From: Eledone cirrhosa | Taxonomy: Eukaryota | Length of the DNA: 64,000 bases | Reading direction: 5' to 3' | Assembly (NCBI GenBank): GCA_964016885.1 | Contig: CAXHJY010000105.1 | Location: 310,001-374,000, forward strand | In this document: piece after piece, positions 36,815-49,600 of the stretch | Position numbering within the stretch: position 1 is the first letter of the stretch | Layout: every line of letters starts with the position of its first letter | Translations under genes and position numbers: made by a program | Notes under the pieces: generated by a model | Told to the model about the DNA's origin: nothing | What the model saw: the letters and a program-made list of their open reading frames with translations, nothing else | Databases searched by the model: none

Positions 36815-38795
36815 TGACTTAGCATCACTCAGCAAGACCTTTGTCAGCCACTCTCCAGCTATCTATTTAAAGCTGTATATAGCTATACACTTAGGGGTTC
36901 CAGACTGGTGATGCAAATTCTATCTTGCTCAGAACATTGACTGCCTGGAAACTGTTCAGAGACGTGCAACCAAGCAAATACCCTCCATCAGGCATCTACC
37001 ATACTCTGAACGCCTTGCTTCCCTGGGCATGGATACAGTGAAGCTCCGTCAGGCAACTGACTTGGTAGATACCCAAAAACTTTTTAACCACCCTGAGTAC
37101 CTTTTTGATTTCCATGTGTCTAACACACGTGGGCATGCCCACAGTCAGAAAACAGCACAATTCCCATGACTTTCGGAAACATTTTTTCATGCTGAAGTTG
37201 CTGAAGCATGGAACAAACTCCCTGCATCAGTTGTTAGCTGTCGAGACACTGCATCCTTTAAAACCTCCATCAGTTGTTAGCTGTCGAGACACTGCATCCT
37301 TTAAAACCTCCATCAGTTGTTAGCTGTTGAGACACAGCATCCTTTAAAACCTCCATGGAACAAACTACCTGCATCAGTTGTTAGCTGTTGAGACACTGCA
37401 TCCTTTAAAACCTCCATGGAACAAACTACCTGCATCAGTTGTTAGCTGTCGAGACACTGCATCCTTTAAAACCTCCATCAGTTGTTAGCTGTCGAGACAC
37501 TGCATCCTTTAAAACCTCCATCAGTTGTTAGCTGTTGAGACACAGCATCCTTTAAAACCTCCATGGAACAAACTACCTGCATCAGTTGTTAGCTGTTGAG
37601 ACACTGCATCCTTTAAAACCTCCATGGAACAAACTACCTGCATCAGTTGTTAGCTGTCGAGACACTGCATCCTTTAAAACCTCCATCAGTTGTTAGCTGT
37701 CGAGACACTGCATCCTTTAAAACCTCCATGGAACAAACTACCTGCATCAGTTGTTAGCTGTCGAGACACTGCATCCTTTAAAACCTCCATGGAACAAACT
37801 ACCTCCATCAGTTGTTAGCTGTCGAGACACTGCATCCTTTAAAACCTCCATGGAACAAATTACCTTCATCAGTTGTTAGCTGTCGAGACACTGCATCCTT
37901 TAAAACCTCCATGGAACAAACTACCTGCATCAGTTGTTAGCTGTCGAGACACTGCATCCTTTAAAACCTCCATGGAACAAACTACCTCCATCAGTTGTTA
38001 GCTGTCGAGACACTGCATCCTTTAAAACCTCCATGGAACAAACTACCTCCATCAGTTGTTAGCTGTCGAGACACTGCATCCTTTAAAACCTCCATGGAAC
38101 AAACTACCTGCATCAGTTGTTAGCTGTCGAGACACTGCATCCTTTAAAACCTCCATGGAACAAATTACCTTCATCAGTTGTTAGCTGTCGAGACACTGCA
38201 TCCTTTAAAACCTCCATGGAACAAACTACCTGCATCAGTTGTTAGCTGTCGAGACACTGCATCCTTTAAAACCTCCATGGAACAAACTACCTCCATCAGT
38301 TGTTAGCTGTCGAGACACTGCATCCTTTAAAACCTCCATGGAACAAATTACCTTCATCAGTTGTTAGCTGTCGAGACACTGCATCCTTTAAAACCTCCAT
38401 CAGTTGTTAGCTGTCGAGACACTGCATCCTTTAAAACCTCCATGGAACAAACTACCTTCATCAGTTGTTAGCTGTCGAGACACTGCATCCTTTAAAACCT
38501 CCATGGAACAAACTCCCTGCATCAGTTGTTAGCTGTCGAGACACTGCATCCTTTAAAACCTCCATGGAACAAACTCCCTGCATCAGTTGTTAGCTGTCGA
38601 GACACTGCATCCTTTAAAACCTCCATGCTTCCTGAGATTCTCCAACACTGCACCTAATATCCCCCTTCATACACACATGTATATCATGACTTATACATTA
38701 TTCTGACATCTGTACATTATTCTATGTACTATATACATGCACCTTTGATGAGCTGTAGTGCATCTGATCACTACACAATAATTTCATTATTATAT
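36815..38795 (+). mobile_element. 5'-truncated CR1/L2-group LINE 3' end, internally expanded by a minisatellite
   Basis: Frame-shifted peptides LSKTF...LKLYIA, IDCLETVQRRATKQIPSIRHLPYSERLASLGM, NTRGH, FRKHFF and AWNKLPASVV...ASFKTSM match the CR1-type ORF2 C-terminus (LExVQRRATK, YxERL, TRGH, FF, WNxLP, SFK). Confidence 0.75.
37207..38627. repeat. Minisatellite of mixed 61-bp and 43-bp units (about 25 units)
   Basis: The 61-mer CATGGAACAAACTACCTGCATCAGTTGTTAGCTGTCGAGACACTGCATCCTTTAAAACCTC and its 43-bp 3' sub-unit are interspersed, with no unique spacers. Confidence 0.97.
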
Positions 38796-39664
38796 ATTAA
38801 TTGCACTGACACAGGATTGGTATTATGCAATAATACAAAGGACATGCCTTCCCATGTGCACAGACTCAAACGTGCATCTAGAAGGCAATTCTACATATCA
38901 AAGTTAGCTTGGTGTAAGTAATTGGAATTGAAAAGTTATACATACAGGTATTAAATTCTAACCACCCTAAAACTAAAAAAGCCCAGCTGAGGGCACAAAT
39001 AAATAGCTGTCACCAGGCCCAGGGTAATTGCCCCCCCCCTCCCAGCTACAGAGATAAATAAAAGTAAGAATAATGAAAGAAATGAGTGATTTATTCATTT
39101 ATTTTGTTTCTATTGCTGGTTTCAACCAATGTTATTGAACTGCAGCGATGCTGAAGCACCAGGCAAGAAAAGAAAAGTTATTTTTATTAAATTTAAATTT
39201 TTTTCAGAATATTTTTTTTATTAATACTACATACATTATTATTATCATTTGAAGTGTTGACACAGCAGACAAGTTGGTTATAAATGTTGGGGAGTGGGGG
39301 TTTGTACAAATAGAAGAAAATAAAAATATTCTTTGGAATAAATTTTCCAAAAATAAAAAAAAAAAAAACTACCCGAGAGGCTTCCCCCACCCCAAGATAG
39401 GAATTTAAAAATAAATATCAAACAGAATATATAATGTGAGGGGCTGGAGAGATTTGTTGAGGGGGTCTGTTTTAATACTTAGTGGAGGAGGTGACAATGT
39501 AAAGAGTGAGGCTGAGAAACGAAAACAGAGCATAAAGGAAGAGAGAAGAGAGGAGAGGAGAAAAATTAGTAAAAAGCCAGAAAATATTTAGTTGAAATTT
39601 GAGTGAAAATGAATTTCTAGAGTTTCTCATGAAATTGTGTTGGACCTTCAGTTAACAGAACTGC

Positions 39665-39890
39665 TTGGGAAATTAATGTAAAAGTGGCTGAGTATTCCAG
39701 ACACGTGTACATTTAATGTAGTTCTCAGGGAGATTCAGTGTGACAAGGCTGGTCTCTTGAATTACGGTACAACTCATTTCTGACAACTGAGTGGACTGGA
39801 GCAACGTAAAATAAAGTGTCTTGCTCAAGGATGCAATGTGTGATATGGTCAGAGAATGAAACTCACCAGCATAGACCCAACACCACAATC
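39665..39890 (-). mobile_element. SINE (same head family as 13715-13821)
   Basis: Shares AAGTGGCTGAG...CACGTGTAC...TTCTCAGGGAGATTCAG...TGTGACAAGGCTGGTC with 42985-43075, and AAATAAAGTGTCTTGCTCAAGG with 13720 and 40594. Confidence 0.75.
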
Positions 39891-40334
39891 ACTATATTAC
39901 ACTTATCCACACACACACATATATATATATAGACACGTGTGTGTATATATACACACATACATGTGCAGCTGTGATGTTCAACCATGTCCATCTAGACAGT
40001 ATACACTCAACATTAGATCATTTCAGTGCTACTGAACCCAGAGGAAATTGTGTTGGTCAACATAACTACTATACACACACTAACAATTACTATATATATA
40101 TACACATACATACTCAGATAATTACTACATATACATACACACACATACTTTAGCAGATTCAATTTCCTAACAAATAATTATTCATTTGACACACACACAC
40201 ACAGATAATTACTATATACTCTCACCCCCAGTATCAAGTGCTCGTTCAGTTTAATGTTTGTTTGTTTTATATACTATGCTATTTTAAACACATTCTGATA
40301 TATATATATATATATATATATGTTTTTTTACGTA

Positions 40335-40500
40335 CATTCTTCCACGCTAGCATGGGTTAGGCGGGTTGTCCTGTTGTGGGCAGTGTCCGGTCAGCTGACC
40401 TTGTCTTGCTCATACGGGAACTGATTCTGGCTTGATTTCTACAGCTCGATGCCCTTCCTAATACCAACCTCATTTACAGTGAGTGCTGGGTGATTTTTTG
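40335..40500 (-). mobile_element. Interspersed repeat fragment (SINE/LINE tail family)
   Basis: TTTCTACAGCTCGATGCCCTTCCTAATACCAACC is the approximate reverse complement of GTTGGCATTATTAAGGGCACCCAGCCAATAAAAACC at about 44190-44226. Confidence 0.55.
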
Positions 40501-40554
40501 CCGTGGCACCTCCACGACCACTTTACAGTGGAATGATAGGGTCCCCAGTCCCTA

Positions 40555-40655
40555 TCATCTCATTTCTACAGCTGAGTAAACTGGAGCAACGTGAAATAAA
40601 GTGCCTTGCTCAAGGAAACAACACATCATCTGGTCCGAGAATTGAACTCACAATG
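40555..40655 (-). mobile_element. SINE fragment
   Basis: CAGCTGAGTAAACTGGAGCAACGTGAAATAAAGTGCCTTGCTCAAGG...GAATTGAACTCAC, homologous to 39785-39870. Confidence 0.7.
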
Positions 40656-41784
40656 TATGTATATATATATATATATATATGGTGTGTTACCATTAGAGAT
40701 GTTATACACTTCATCTGATCACACATATAATCCTTCGTAATTTACATGTTTCTATCAGACTGTGACCCTTAAACAATCTGTTGACTCCCTAACATTTTAA
40801 TAATTTCATTTAATCCATACTAACATATGTGTAATATATATATGTGGGAGAAAAAGTACTCAATACAGGTGTTCGTTTCTTGTTTCATGCCATGCAGTCG
40901 TTGAGAATCGTTTGGAAATCATCAGCGTTAAATTAATATAAAATCTCTCCATTTTTACCTTTTGTTATTCTATTATCAGAGCTGGAAGTTGGAGGATTAC
41001 AATATTGACTATAGTATGTGAATTATAGAATGTAACACTGGTGTCACAAACAAAACTGTAAAGAGAGAATTCTGAATCACAGTAATACCAGTCTCACATA
41101 GAACTGTGAACATGTAGCTTCTAATGGTACAATTCTGAATCAGTCTAACACTAGTGTCACACACATAGAACTGAACAAGTAGCTTCTTGACTTAGTGTAA
41201 CACTGGTGTCACATAAAACTATAAATTTGTAAAGATAGAACACTTTAATGATTTTACACGAGTTACCTCCCTCTATTATCTCAGAAACTACAAAACTTTA
41301 TTATATAGTACAATCGTTTGCTCAGATATTTCATGACGTTTTTAATTAAAACCACACAAGATTTGAACAGCCCAACCCCACAAACACAGGCTTTCTCCCC
41401 TGTCTATTTTATTACTGCAGGTAGACAACTACTGACTGCTTCCATGTACTATCTAGTTACACACCACTTCCACCATAATTCCCCTGGTACTAACATCTCT
41501 CCATTTGTCACTCAGAACTGATAAGCTCCCCATTAACCATAACCATTTTCTTCCCAGAACTCTCTTACTAATTTTCACAATCCCCCTGCAGCAGTCTTGG
41601 AGTCTACAATGGGTAATGTGTGCCATTCCTCCTCAGTAAACCCATTAACCCTTTTGTTGCCATATTTTATAACAAGAACATATACTGCCTTTATGGTTTA
41701 AATAGCAAAATAACCAAGTATTAGGAGAGGTTTAGTGAAATAACTAACTTTCAATTTAAGCACAAGAGCAACAAAGAATGGAAA

Positions 41785-41925
41785 GTCGATATCAACCCCA
41801 GTACATGATTGGTACTTTATTTTACTAACCCTAGAAGGACCTCAGAGAGCAGAGAGGCAGAACAAATAGCACAAAGTGTTCTATCAGATATTCTAACGAC
41901 TTTCTCTGCCAGTTCATTGCCTTTT
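41785..41925 (-). mobile_element. Degenerate SINE (family of 35500-35928)
   Basis: ACCCCAGTAC...TTGGTACTTTATTT is the reverse complement of AAATAAAGTACCAG...GTACTGGG in the 35.5-35.9 kb copies. Ends with CTCTGCCAGTTCATTGCC. Confidence 0.55.
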
Positions 41926-42529
41926 GAGTATTTTAAAAATATTTTAAAAAACTTCACAGGTTTCATACATTAGACCTTGTCCATAGTGGGGCATTGTCTT
42001 TATGAACTTAAAGTGTAAAGGGCCAGAACACATACTGCTAAGTAATTATCCAACGTTGTAACAACTCTGCCAATTCACTGCCTGTAACTTTCAACTTAAT
42101 AAAAGACAAATATTTAATTAGTGAAATAATCTGCTATAATAATGAGATTTTGGTCCAAGGTTTAAATTTACACTTTAATGGAAGCAGTTTTGGTCAGATT
42201 AGTATTTTAAAGGTTAAATGAGAACAAGAGAGAATGGGATGTAGTTTCTCAATGGTAGACACAACATTTTATATAAGGAAAGAGAAGATAAAAGATGGAC
42301 ATATCGTTAAATACAGGATTAACTAAACATTTGGGTTTCAGGGTTTTAATTTGCATAAAATATATCCTTAGAATATTGTTTAGAATCTAAATATTTCATG
42401 TTTGAAGGGCCCCATAACTCCACCAGGAGTTAAGGGGCATCGGAATGACAGCCTTTCTTGGGTATTTGGAACCTGCTGGAACCCATTCCCCTTTCCAGGC
42501 CTGAACACAGATGATTTGTGAGAAAAAGA

Positions 42530-42730
42530 TACAGAAGAATCAATCCCAGTATTAGACTGGTACTTGTTTTTTAATAAAAAAGTAAGAGATATAGAGGAAG
42601 AATCAACCCCAGTACTTGACTGGTACTTTTTCTTTACCAACCTCAATAAGACCTGAACACAGAGTGTGTAGAGAACCAGAACCACAAACCATTCTATCTG
42701 ATGTGTTCTAACTCTGCCAATTCATTGCCT
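42530..42730 (-). mobile_element. Degenerate SINE with an internal ~63-bp duplication
   Basis: Two copies of AAGAATCAA(T/C)CCCAGTA...GACTGGTACTT, ending CTCTGCCAATTCATTGCC like the element at 41.9 kb. Confidence 0.5.
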
Positions 42731-42944
42731 ATTAAGTATTTAAAAAAATTAAAATTCTTATACTAGCTTCATTAATGGCCATACTGGAGCACTGGAGTAC
42801 AATCAATTTAATCAACTGCAGTACTTGTAGACTGATGTTTATTTTATCAAAGACCTCCAAAAAGTGAATAATAAAGTTTACAGAGGTAAGAATGGTTTAC
42901 TAATCCTACACTGAAGAATGACCCTCAGTAATGAAGGGTTCCAG

Positions 42945-43255
42945 TCCTACAAACAATGGATCAACCAGCTCATGAAATTCACATGTAAGTGGCTGAGCAT
43001 TCCACAGGCACGTGTACCATTAATGTAATTCTCAGGGAGATTCAGCATGACACAGTGTGTGACAAGGCTGGTCCCTTTAAATGACAGGCACAGTCCATCC
43101 AACAGGCTTCCAAACAGTTTCTGTCTACCCAATTTCACTCACAAAACATGAGTCAACCCTAGGCTGTGATAAATGACATTTGCCCCAAGATGTCTTGGGA
43201 TTGAACCCTAGACTTAATGATTGCGAAGCTAACTTCAGAACCATTTAGCCATGCT
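42945..43255 (-). mobile_element. SINE body plus tRNA-like head fragment
   Basis: 42985-43075 is colinear with 39682-39760. GGGATTGAACC and CCATTTAGCCA are reverse-complement B-box-like and A-box-like motifs. Confidence 0.65.
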
Positions 43256-43999
43256 ACTACACTGTCGCCATGTATAACACTAGTGTTATTGTTTGACATT
43301 TTAATTTGAACCAGCAGACCAACGGTCAAAGGAATTCCAGTGATGACCCACAAATATTTTATACAGTGTATCTAACACTACATTCTATATCTTCTTTGTA
43401 TCTTAACTAAAGATGGTGGTTATGTTGTGATTTGAGGGAGATATGGCTGTTATTTCCAGCAATGTTAAAGGACTGTAAAGGATAGCCATTTTTGAATATG
43501 CGACCACATCTGTATAAGCAAAAGCTGGGTATAATGCAGTTCCATTCTGGGGCAGTGATATCTACTGCAATTGTGTTTGTGTCTCATTGCTTAATTTTAT
43601 TATAGCTAAATATTTAAACTGAGGAGTCGGGATGGAGTCTGCACCTTATCTCCATTGATCAAAATTGCTAAAGACGTGACGAAAGTCACCAAATGCTCCT
43701 TAGAGAGCAAAACAAACTAAAGCAGAGGATGAGTATTATCTAGTTTGAGGAGGAAATATGACTGTAGGAACCTTTGCAAGACCTTCCATACAGCTAAAGA
43801 TAACATGTGTGTGACATACAGCTTTATGATTCTAAATATGAAAATAATATATGTATTCAATATGTCAATATGAGCTTCTTTATGGCTGAAGTATAGAGTC
43901 TATGATGTAATTATGTATGTGTAGGAAACCACAATATATTAGAGTATGGATGTATGTGCCTGGGTGTGTGTGTATCATCCTTTCATCACAGTCCTCCAA

Positions 44000-44310
44000 G
44001 CCTGGTCATGGATACAAGCACCCTTGGGTTGAAACGTGGGAATACTTGGCCCCACAATAAAGTGCACTCACTATTCAGACCATACTGGGGAGTGATAGTG
44101 CTGGTGTCACAATAAAATGTACCCAGTACACTGTGCAAAGAGGTGGTGCTGGAACCATGATAAAATGAACCTGGTATATGCTGTAAAGTGGTTGGCATTA
44201 TTAAGGGCACCCAGCCAATAAAAACCATGCAAAAATGTTACATGAGCAAAACAGTCGTGTGATCTGCCTATCTGGCCTAAGAACACGAAAACCCACCTAA
44301 CCCATGCATA
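44000..44310 (+). mobile_element. Interspersed repeat fragment
   Basis: Inverted homology to 40335-40500 (GTTGGCATT..AAGGGCA.CCAGC; CCTAACCCATGC versus GCATGGGTTAGG). Boundaries approximate. Confidence 0.5.
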
Positions 44311-44318
44311 AAATGATG

Positions 44319-44320
<2 letters not shown>

Positions 44321-44370
<50 letters not shown>
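44321..44370. repeat. (TA)n(CA)n microsatellite
   Basis: Directly visible. Confidence 0.9.
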
Positions 44371-44371
<1 letters not shown>

Positions 44372-45260
44372 CATTTGCTCTTGGAATTTCATACAATTTA
44401 GCAACAGCAATCTCTTTTACAGACTGAAATAAAATGAAGCTCTATAAAAAAAAAAATTTTAAAAAACCCTTTCATCCCTAAGACTTATTTTTATAGTTTT
44501 AGTCACCAGGGGAAATAATTTGATATCAAGACTTAAAAAGATTATTAAGTGGCTTGATTCCGAATGTAGCATGGTCCTTGTATTCTGATAGAAACCAAAA
44601 ACCAAGTTACATCTGTTTAACATAATTAGTGAAATATTAATTACCAATTCTCAATAGCTATTCCACTATTGGAAGAAGAAAACCGAAAGATTTACGTATT
44701 ATTTGAAGATAACGAAAGAGAAGATAGAAAGCAGGCAAGAGTAGGGAGTAATATTAGAAGCGGATCTTATCAGGCTCAGAAGCCCCTATGTTTTATTAGC
44801 AGGGTAATGGGAGGTGTAACATTCATATTTTCTCCTAAGGGCATTCAGCAATTTTATAGAGAACTGACTTCTGACTTTAGATTCAAACTAGAAACCATAA
44901 CCACAAGGTTCTGACTTGTCGATGGTTTTATAACCTTCTCCTGCCCCATGGTACCCACAGCTGATAGTAAAGACTTCCCAGTTACCTTTGAAGATGGACC
45001 GTTTCTTACTATACAGAAACTGACAGCCAAGGTGTGTTGGAAAATATACGCATACACACACACATACATACTTACATACAAGTATGTACACACAGATGAT
45101 GAGGAATTGATGATGCCGTGCAAGAGATTTTGTGATCAATTGAAAGTATTGATTTTGTTCCATCAGTATCAAATGCAATGCTGATTGATAGAAAGATGAA
45201 AGCTTTCAAAATACCAAACATGGGCCGCCTTCAGGAACCGACACAGAGTGTGAACAGCAG

Positions 45261-46540
45261 TTACATAAAAAAATACTTGGAATGGTTGGGGCATTGATGA
45301 CTCTGGTGCCCTTCTCTACCACATATAGTACACTGGAAACAGGGGATTTCCTGGCTACAACTGTGTGTCCTACCCACAGTGCCGGTTTTCTGGCTGGGCT
45401 CAGGTTGGGACTGAATACTGCTGGCTTTAATATCTGTATTCGCGTACCTAACGTCGGCAGTGGAAGTCCGTGTATCTGATTCCAAATTTGTGCGTAAACT
45501 GGAGAGATGGCCCGACTTTGAAGTATGATCCTGTGGTGCCATATTGCTAGCAGACTTGTTTCCTGATTGTGTCTTTTTACTGTTAGAAGAAGCTCTTCCT
45601 TTTGAAGTTTGTGAAGAAACACAAGAAGTTAACGATGTCACAGTGTTGGAGGAAAAAGACGGGAAAGTGCCGTTCTTTTTACCCCGTAGTTCGTAATTGC
45701 AGGTCGTGTTCATAACTGTGGTCCCTTTCTCAGGGACCAATCGCTTAGCAACAAATCTTATTTTACCATTACCGATATCCCTAGCATTGTTTCGTATAGC
45801 AGCAATGTGTTCATCGGGATAGTCAAATAATGGATTGTTTCTGTTGGAAGTCCGGCTGTTAGTATTCCTGTTGGGACCATCACCGGACGAGTCTGCCACC
45901 CGGGCAGCGTAGCTCCCTCGCAGCAACTCACAGTTTACATGTTTCTCCTCAACCTCTTCTAGCAGAATAGGCAGTTCTTTTTCTTCTTCAAGTTGAGGAG
46001 GAGGTGGAGGTGGTGGTGGGGAAAGACAAGTGGCTGATGCTGACTCAAGGGTTTTTTCAAGGAAATACGGTTCAAACAAGTTCAAAGACATCGTAGACGG
46101 TCGTTTCAGTTCCAAATCGGAGCTGAACCGGTGGGAGAGATATTTCTCCTGGTGAGACATTCTCTCTGGCAGGACATCAAGCTCTTCCTCAGCATTCAGG
46201 GGAGAGGGGCTGTTCTCTTCTTCTGGATCTGGATCTGGTGATTCGGATCTGGGAAGTGAAGCAGCACATGGAAACTCAGCTGGTTGTAACAGCTTAGTGG
46301 AACAACATCTAATGGAATCATCTGGTGGAGTCAAAGGAGGGGAGGCTGGGTTTTCACTGGTGTAAAGGGTGTTGAACTGATGTTCTAAAGGCGCAGGTTG
46401 GTTGGAGCTGTACTCAGTCCCTACATTGTTAATATCTATTGACTCAGAGAAACTACGCTGAGTCCAGGAATCAACAGCAGGAGTGTCACCATTCTGTTGG
46501 TACATTGGAATATTGTGGTCAGGTGACAACTGCACAGAAT
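45261..46540 (-). CDS. Terminal coding exon (about 426 aa) of an unidentified protein: Ser/Pro/Glu-rich low-complexity region with a C-terminal CCHC zinc knuckle
   Basis: Long non-repetitive ORF (45261..46595). Its first 18 codons are a pyrimidine tract ending TTTTTTTGCAG|AT (AG at 46542-46541, phase 1). CTICGREGHQSHQC = CX2CX4HX4C at 45332-45291. TAA stop at 45263-45261. Confidence 0.8.
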
Positions 46541-46630
46541 CTGCAAAAAAACAATGGTAAAGAAGGAGAAGAAGGAATATAAGAAATGGAAACATTTGCT
46601 AAATTTAATGATTTACAGGAATTTTAGTTT

Positions 46631-49600
46631 TAAAATAAGGATACAGAACCCTTGACCTAACAAGGATACAGAACCCTTGACCTAACATAAGGATACAGAA
46701 ACCTTGACCTAAAATAAGGATACAGAACCCTTGACCTAACAAGGATACAGAACCCTTGACCTAACATAATGGATACAGAACCCTTGACCTAAAATAAGGA
46801 TACAGAACCCTTGACCTAACATAAGGATACAGAGCCCTTGACCTAACATAAGGATACAGAACCCTTGACCTAACATAAGGATACAGAACACTTGACCTAA
46901 CATAAGGATACAGAACACTTGACCTAACATAAGGATAAAGAACCCTTGACCCAACATAAGGATACAGAACACTTGACCTAACATAAGGATACAGAACACA
47001 TGACCCAACATAAGGATACAGAACACTTGACCTAACATAAGGATAAAGAACCCTTGACCTAACATAAGGATACAGAGCCCTTGACCCAACATAAGGATAC
47101 AGAACACTTGACCTAACATAAGGATACAGAACCCTTGACCTAACATAAGGATAAAGAACCCTTGACCTAACATAAGGATACAGAGCCCTTGACCCAACAT
47201 AAGGATACAGAACACTTGACCTAACATAAGGATACAGAACACATGACCCAACATAAGGATACAGAACACTTGACCTAACATAAGGATAAAGAACCCTTGA
47301 CCTAACATAAGGATACAGAGCCCTTGACCCAACATAAGGATACAGAACACTTGACCTAACATAAGGATACAGAACCCTTGACCTAACATAAGGATAAAGA
47401 ACCCTTGACCTAACATAAGGATAAAGAACCCTTGACCTAACGTAAGGTTACAGAACACCTGACCTAACATAAGGATACAGAACCCTTGACCTGACATAAG
47501 GATGCAGAACCCTTGACCTAACATAAGGATAAAGAACACCTGACCTAACATAAGGATACAGAACCCTTGACCTAACATAAGGATACAGAACCCTTGACCT
47601 AACATAAGGATACAGAACCCTTGACCTGACATAAGGATACAGAACACTTGACCTAACATAAGGATACAGAACACATGACCCAACATAAGCATACAGAACA
47701 CTTGACCTAACATAAGGATACAGAACCCTTGACCTAACATAAGGATACAGAACCCTTGACCTAACATAAGGACAAAGAACCCTTGACCTAACGTAAGGTT
47801 ACAGAACACCTGACCTAACATAAGGATACAGAACACCTGACCTAACATAGGGATACAGAACCCTTGACCTAACATAAGGATACAGAACCCTTGACCTAAC
47901 ATAAGGATACAGAACACCTGACCTAACATAAGGATACAGAACCCTTGACCTAACATAAGGATACAGAACCCTTGACCTAACATAAGGATACAGAACACTT
48001 GACCTAACATAGGGATACTGAACACTTGACCTAACGTAAGGATACAGAACACTTGACCTAACATAAGGATACAAAACACTTGACCTAACGTAAGGATACA
48101 GAACCCTTGACCTAACATAAGGATACAGAAAACCTGACCTAACATAAGGATACAGAACACTTGACCTAACATAAGGATACAAAACACTTGACCTAACGTA
48201 AGGATACAGAACCCTTGACCTAACATAAGGATACAGAAAACCTGACCTAACATAAGGATACAGAACACTTGACCTAACATAAGGATACAGAACACCTGAC
48301 CTAACATAAGCATACAGAACACTTGACCTAAAGTAAGGATACAGAACACCTGACCTAACATAAGAATACAGAACACCTAACCTAACATAAGGATACAAAA
48401 CCCTTGACCTAACATAAGGATACAGAAGAATTGACCTAACATAAGGATACAGAACCCTTGACCTAACATAAGGATACAGAACCCTTGACTTAACATAAGG
48501 ATACAGAACACTTGACCTAACATAAGGATACAGAACCCTTGACCTAACATAAGGATACAGAACACATGACCTAACATAAGGATACAGAACACATGACCTA
48601 ACAAGGATACAGAACGCTTGACCTAACATAAGGATACAGAACCCTTGACCTAACGTAAGGATACAGAACACTTGACCGAACGTAAGGATACAGAACACCT
48701 GACCTAACATAAGGATACAGAACACCTGACCTAACATAAGGATACAGAACCCTTGACCTAACATAAGGATACAGAACCCTTGACTTAACATAAGGATACA
48801 GAACATTTGACCTAACATAAGGATACAGAACCCTTGACCTAACATAAGGATACAGAACACTTGACCTAACATAAGGATGCAGAACACCTGACCTAACATA
48901 AGGATACAGAACACCTGACCCAACATAAGGATACAGAACACTTGACCTATCGTAAGGATACAGAACACCTGACCTAACATAAGGATACAGAACCCTTGAC
49001 CTAACAAGGATACAGAACACTTGACCTAACATAAGAATACAGAACCCTTGATCTAACATAAGGATACAGAACACCTGACCTAACATAAGGATGCAGAACA
49101 CCTGACCTAACATAAGGATACAGAACACTTGACCTAACATAAGGATGCAGAACACCTGACCTAACATAAGGATACAGAACACCTGACCTAACATAAGGAT
49201 ACAGAACACTTGACCTAACGTAAGGATACAGAACACTTGACCTAACATAAGGATGCAGAACACCTGACCTAACATAAGGATACAGAACACTTGACCTAAC
49301 ATAAGGATGCAGAACACCTGACCTAACATAAGGATACAGAACACTTGACCTAACATAAGGATGCAGAACACCTGACCTAACATAAGGATACAGAACACTT
49401 GACCTAACATAAGGATGCAGAACACCTGACCTAACATAAGGATACAGAACACCTGACCTAACATAAGGATGCAGAACACCTGACCTAACATAAGGATACA
49501 GAACACCTGACCTAACATAAGGATACAGAACACCTGACCTAACATAAGGGTACAGAACACTTGACCTAACGTAAGGATACAGAACCCTTGAACTAACATA

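Noticed and set aside
37207-38627. CRISPR-like array
   Set aside because: There are no unique spacers and no cas genes, the context is eukaryotic, and the unit derives from a LINE.
43274-43289. Perfect 16-bp palindrome ATAACACTAGTGTTAT
   Set aside because: A single AT-rich palindrome of this length is plausible by chance, and there is no supporting context.
38724-45184. Short 60-100 aa ORFs between the two genes
   Set aside because: They have no recognisable motifs, and most overlap SINE fragments, microsatellites or probable UTR.
46541-46595. Apparent signal peptide MFPFLIFLLLLLYHCFFA at the start of the 444-aa ORF
   Set aside because: It is better explained as the translated polypyrimidine tract of a splice acceptor (TTTTTTTGCAG). 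A secreted protein with a zinc knuckle is unlikely.
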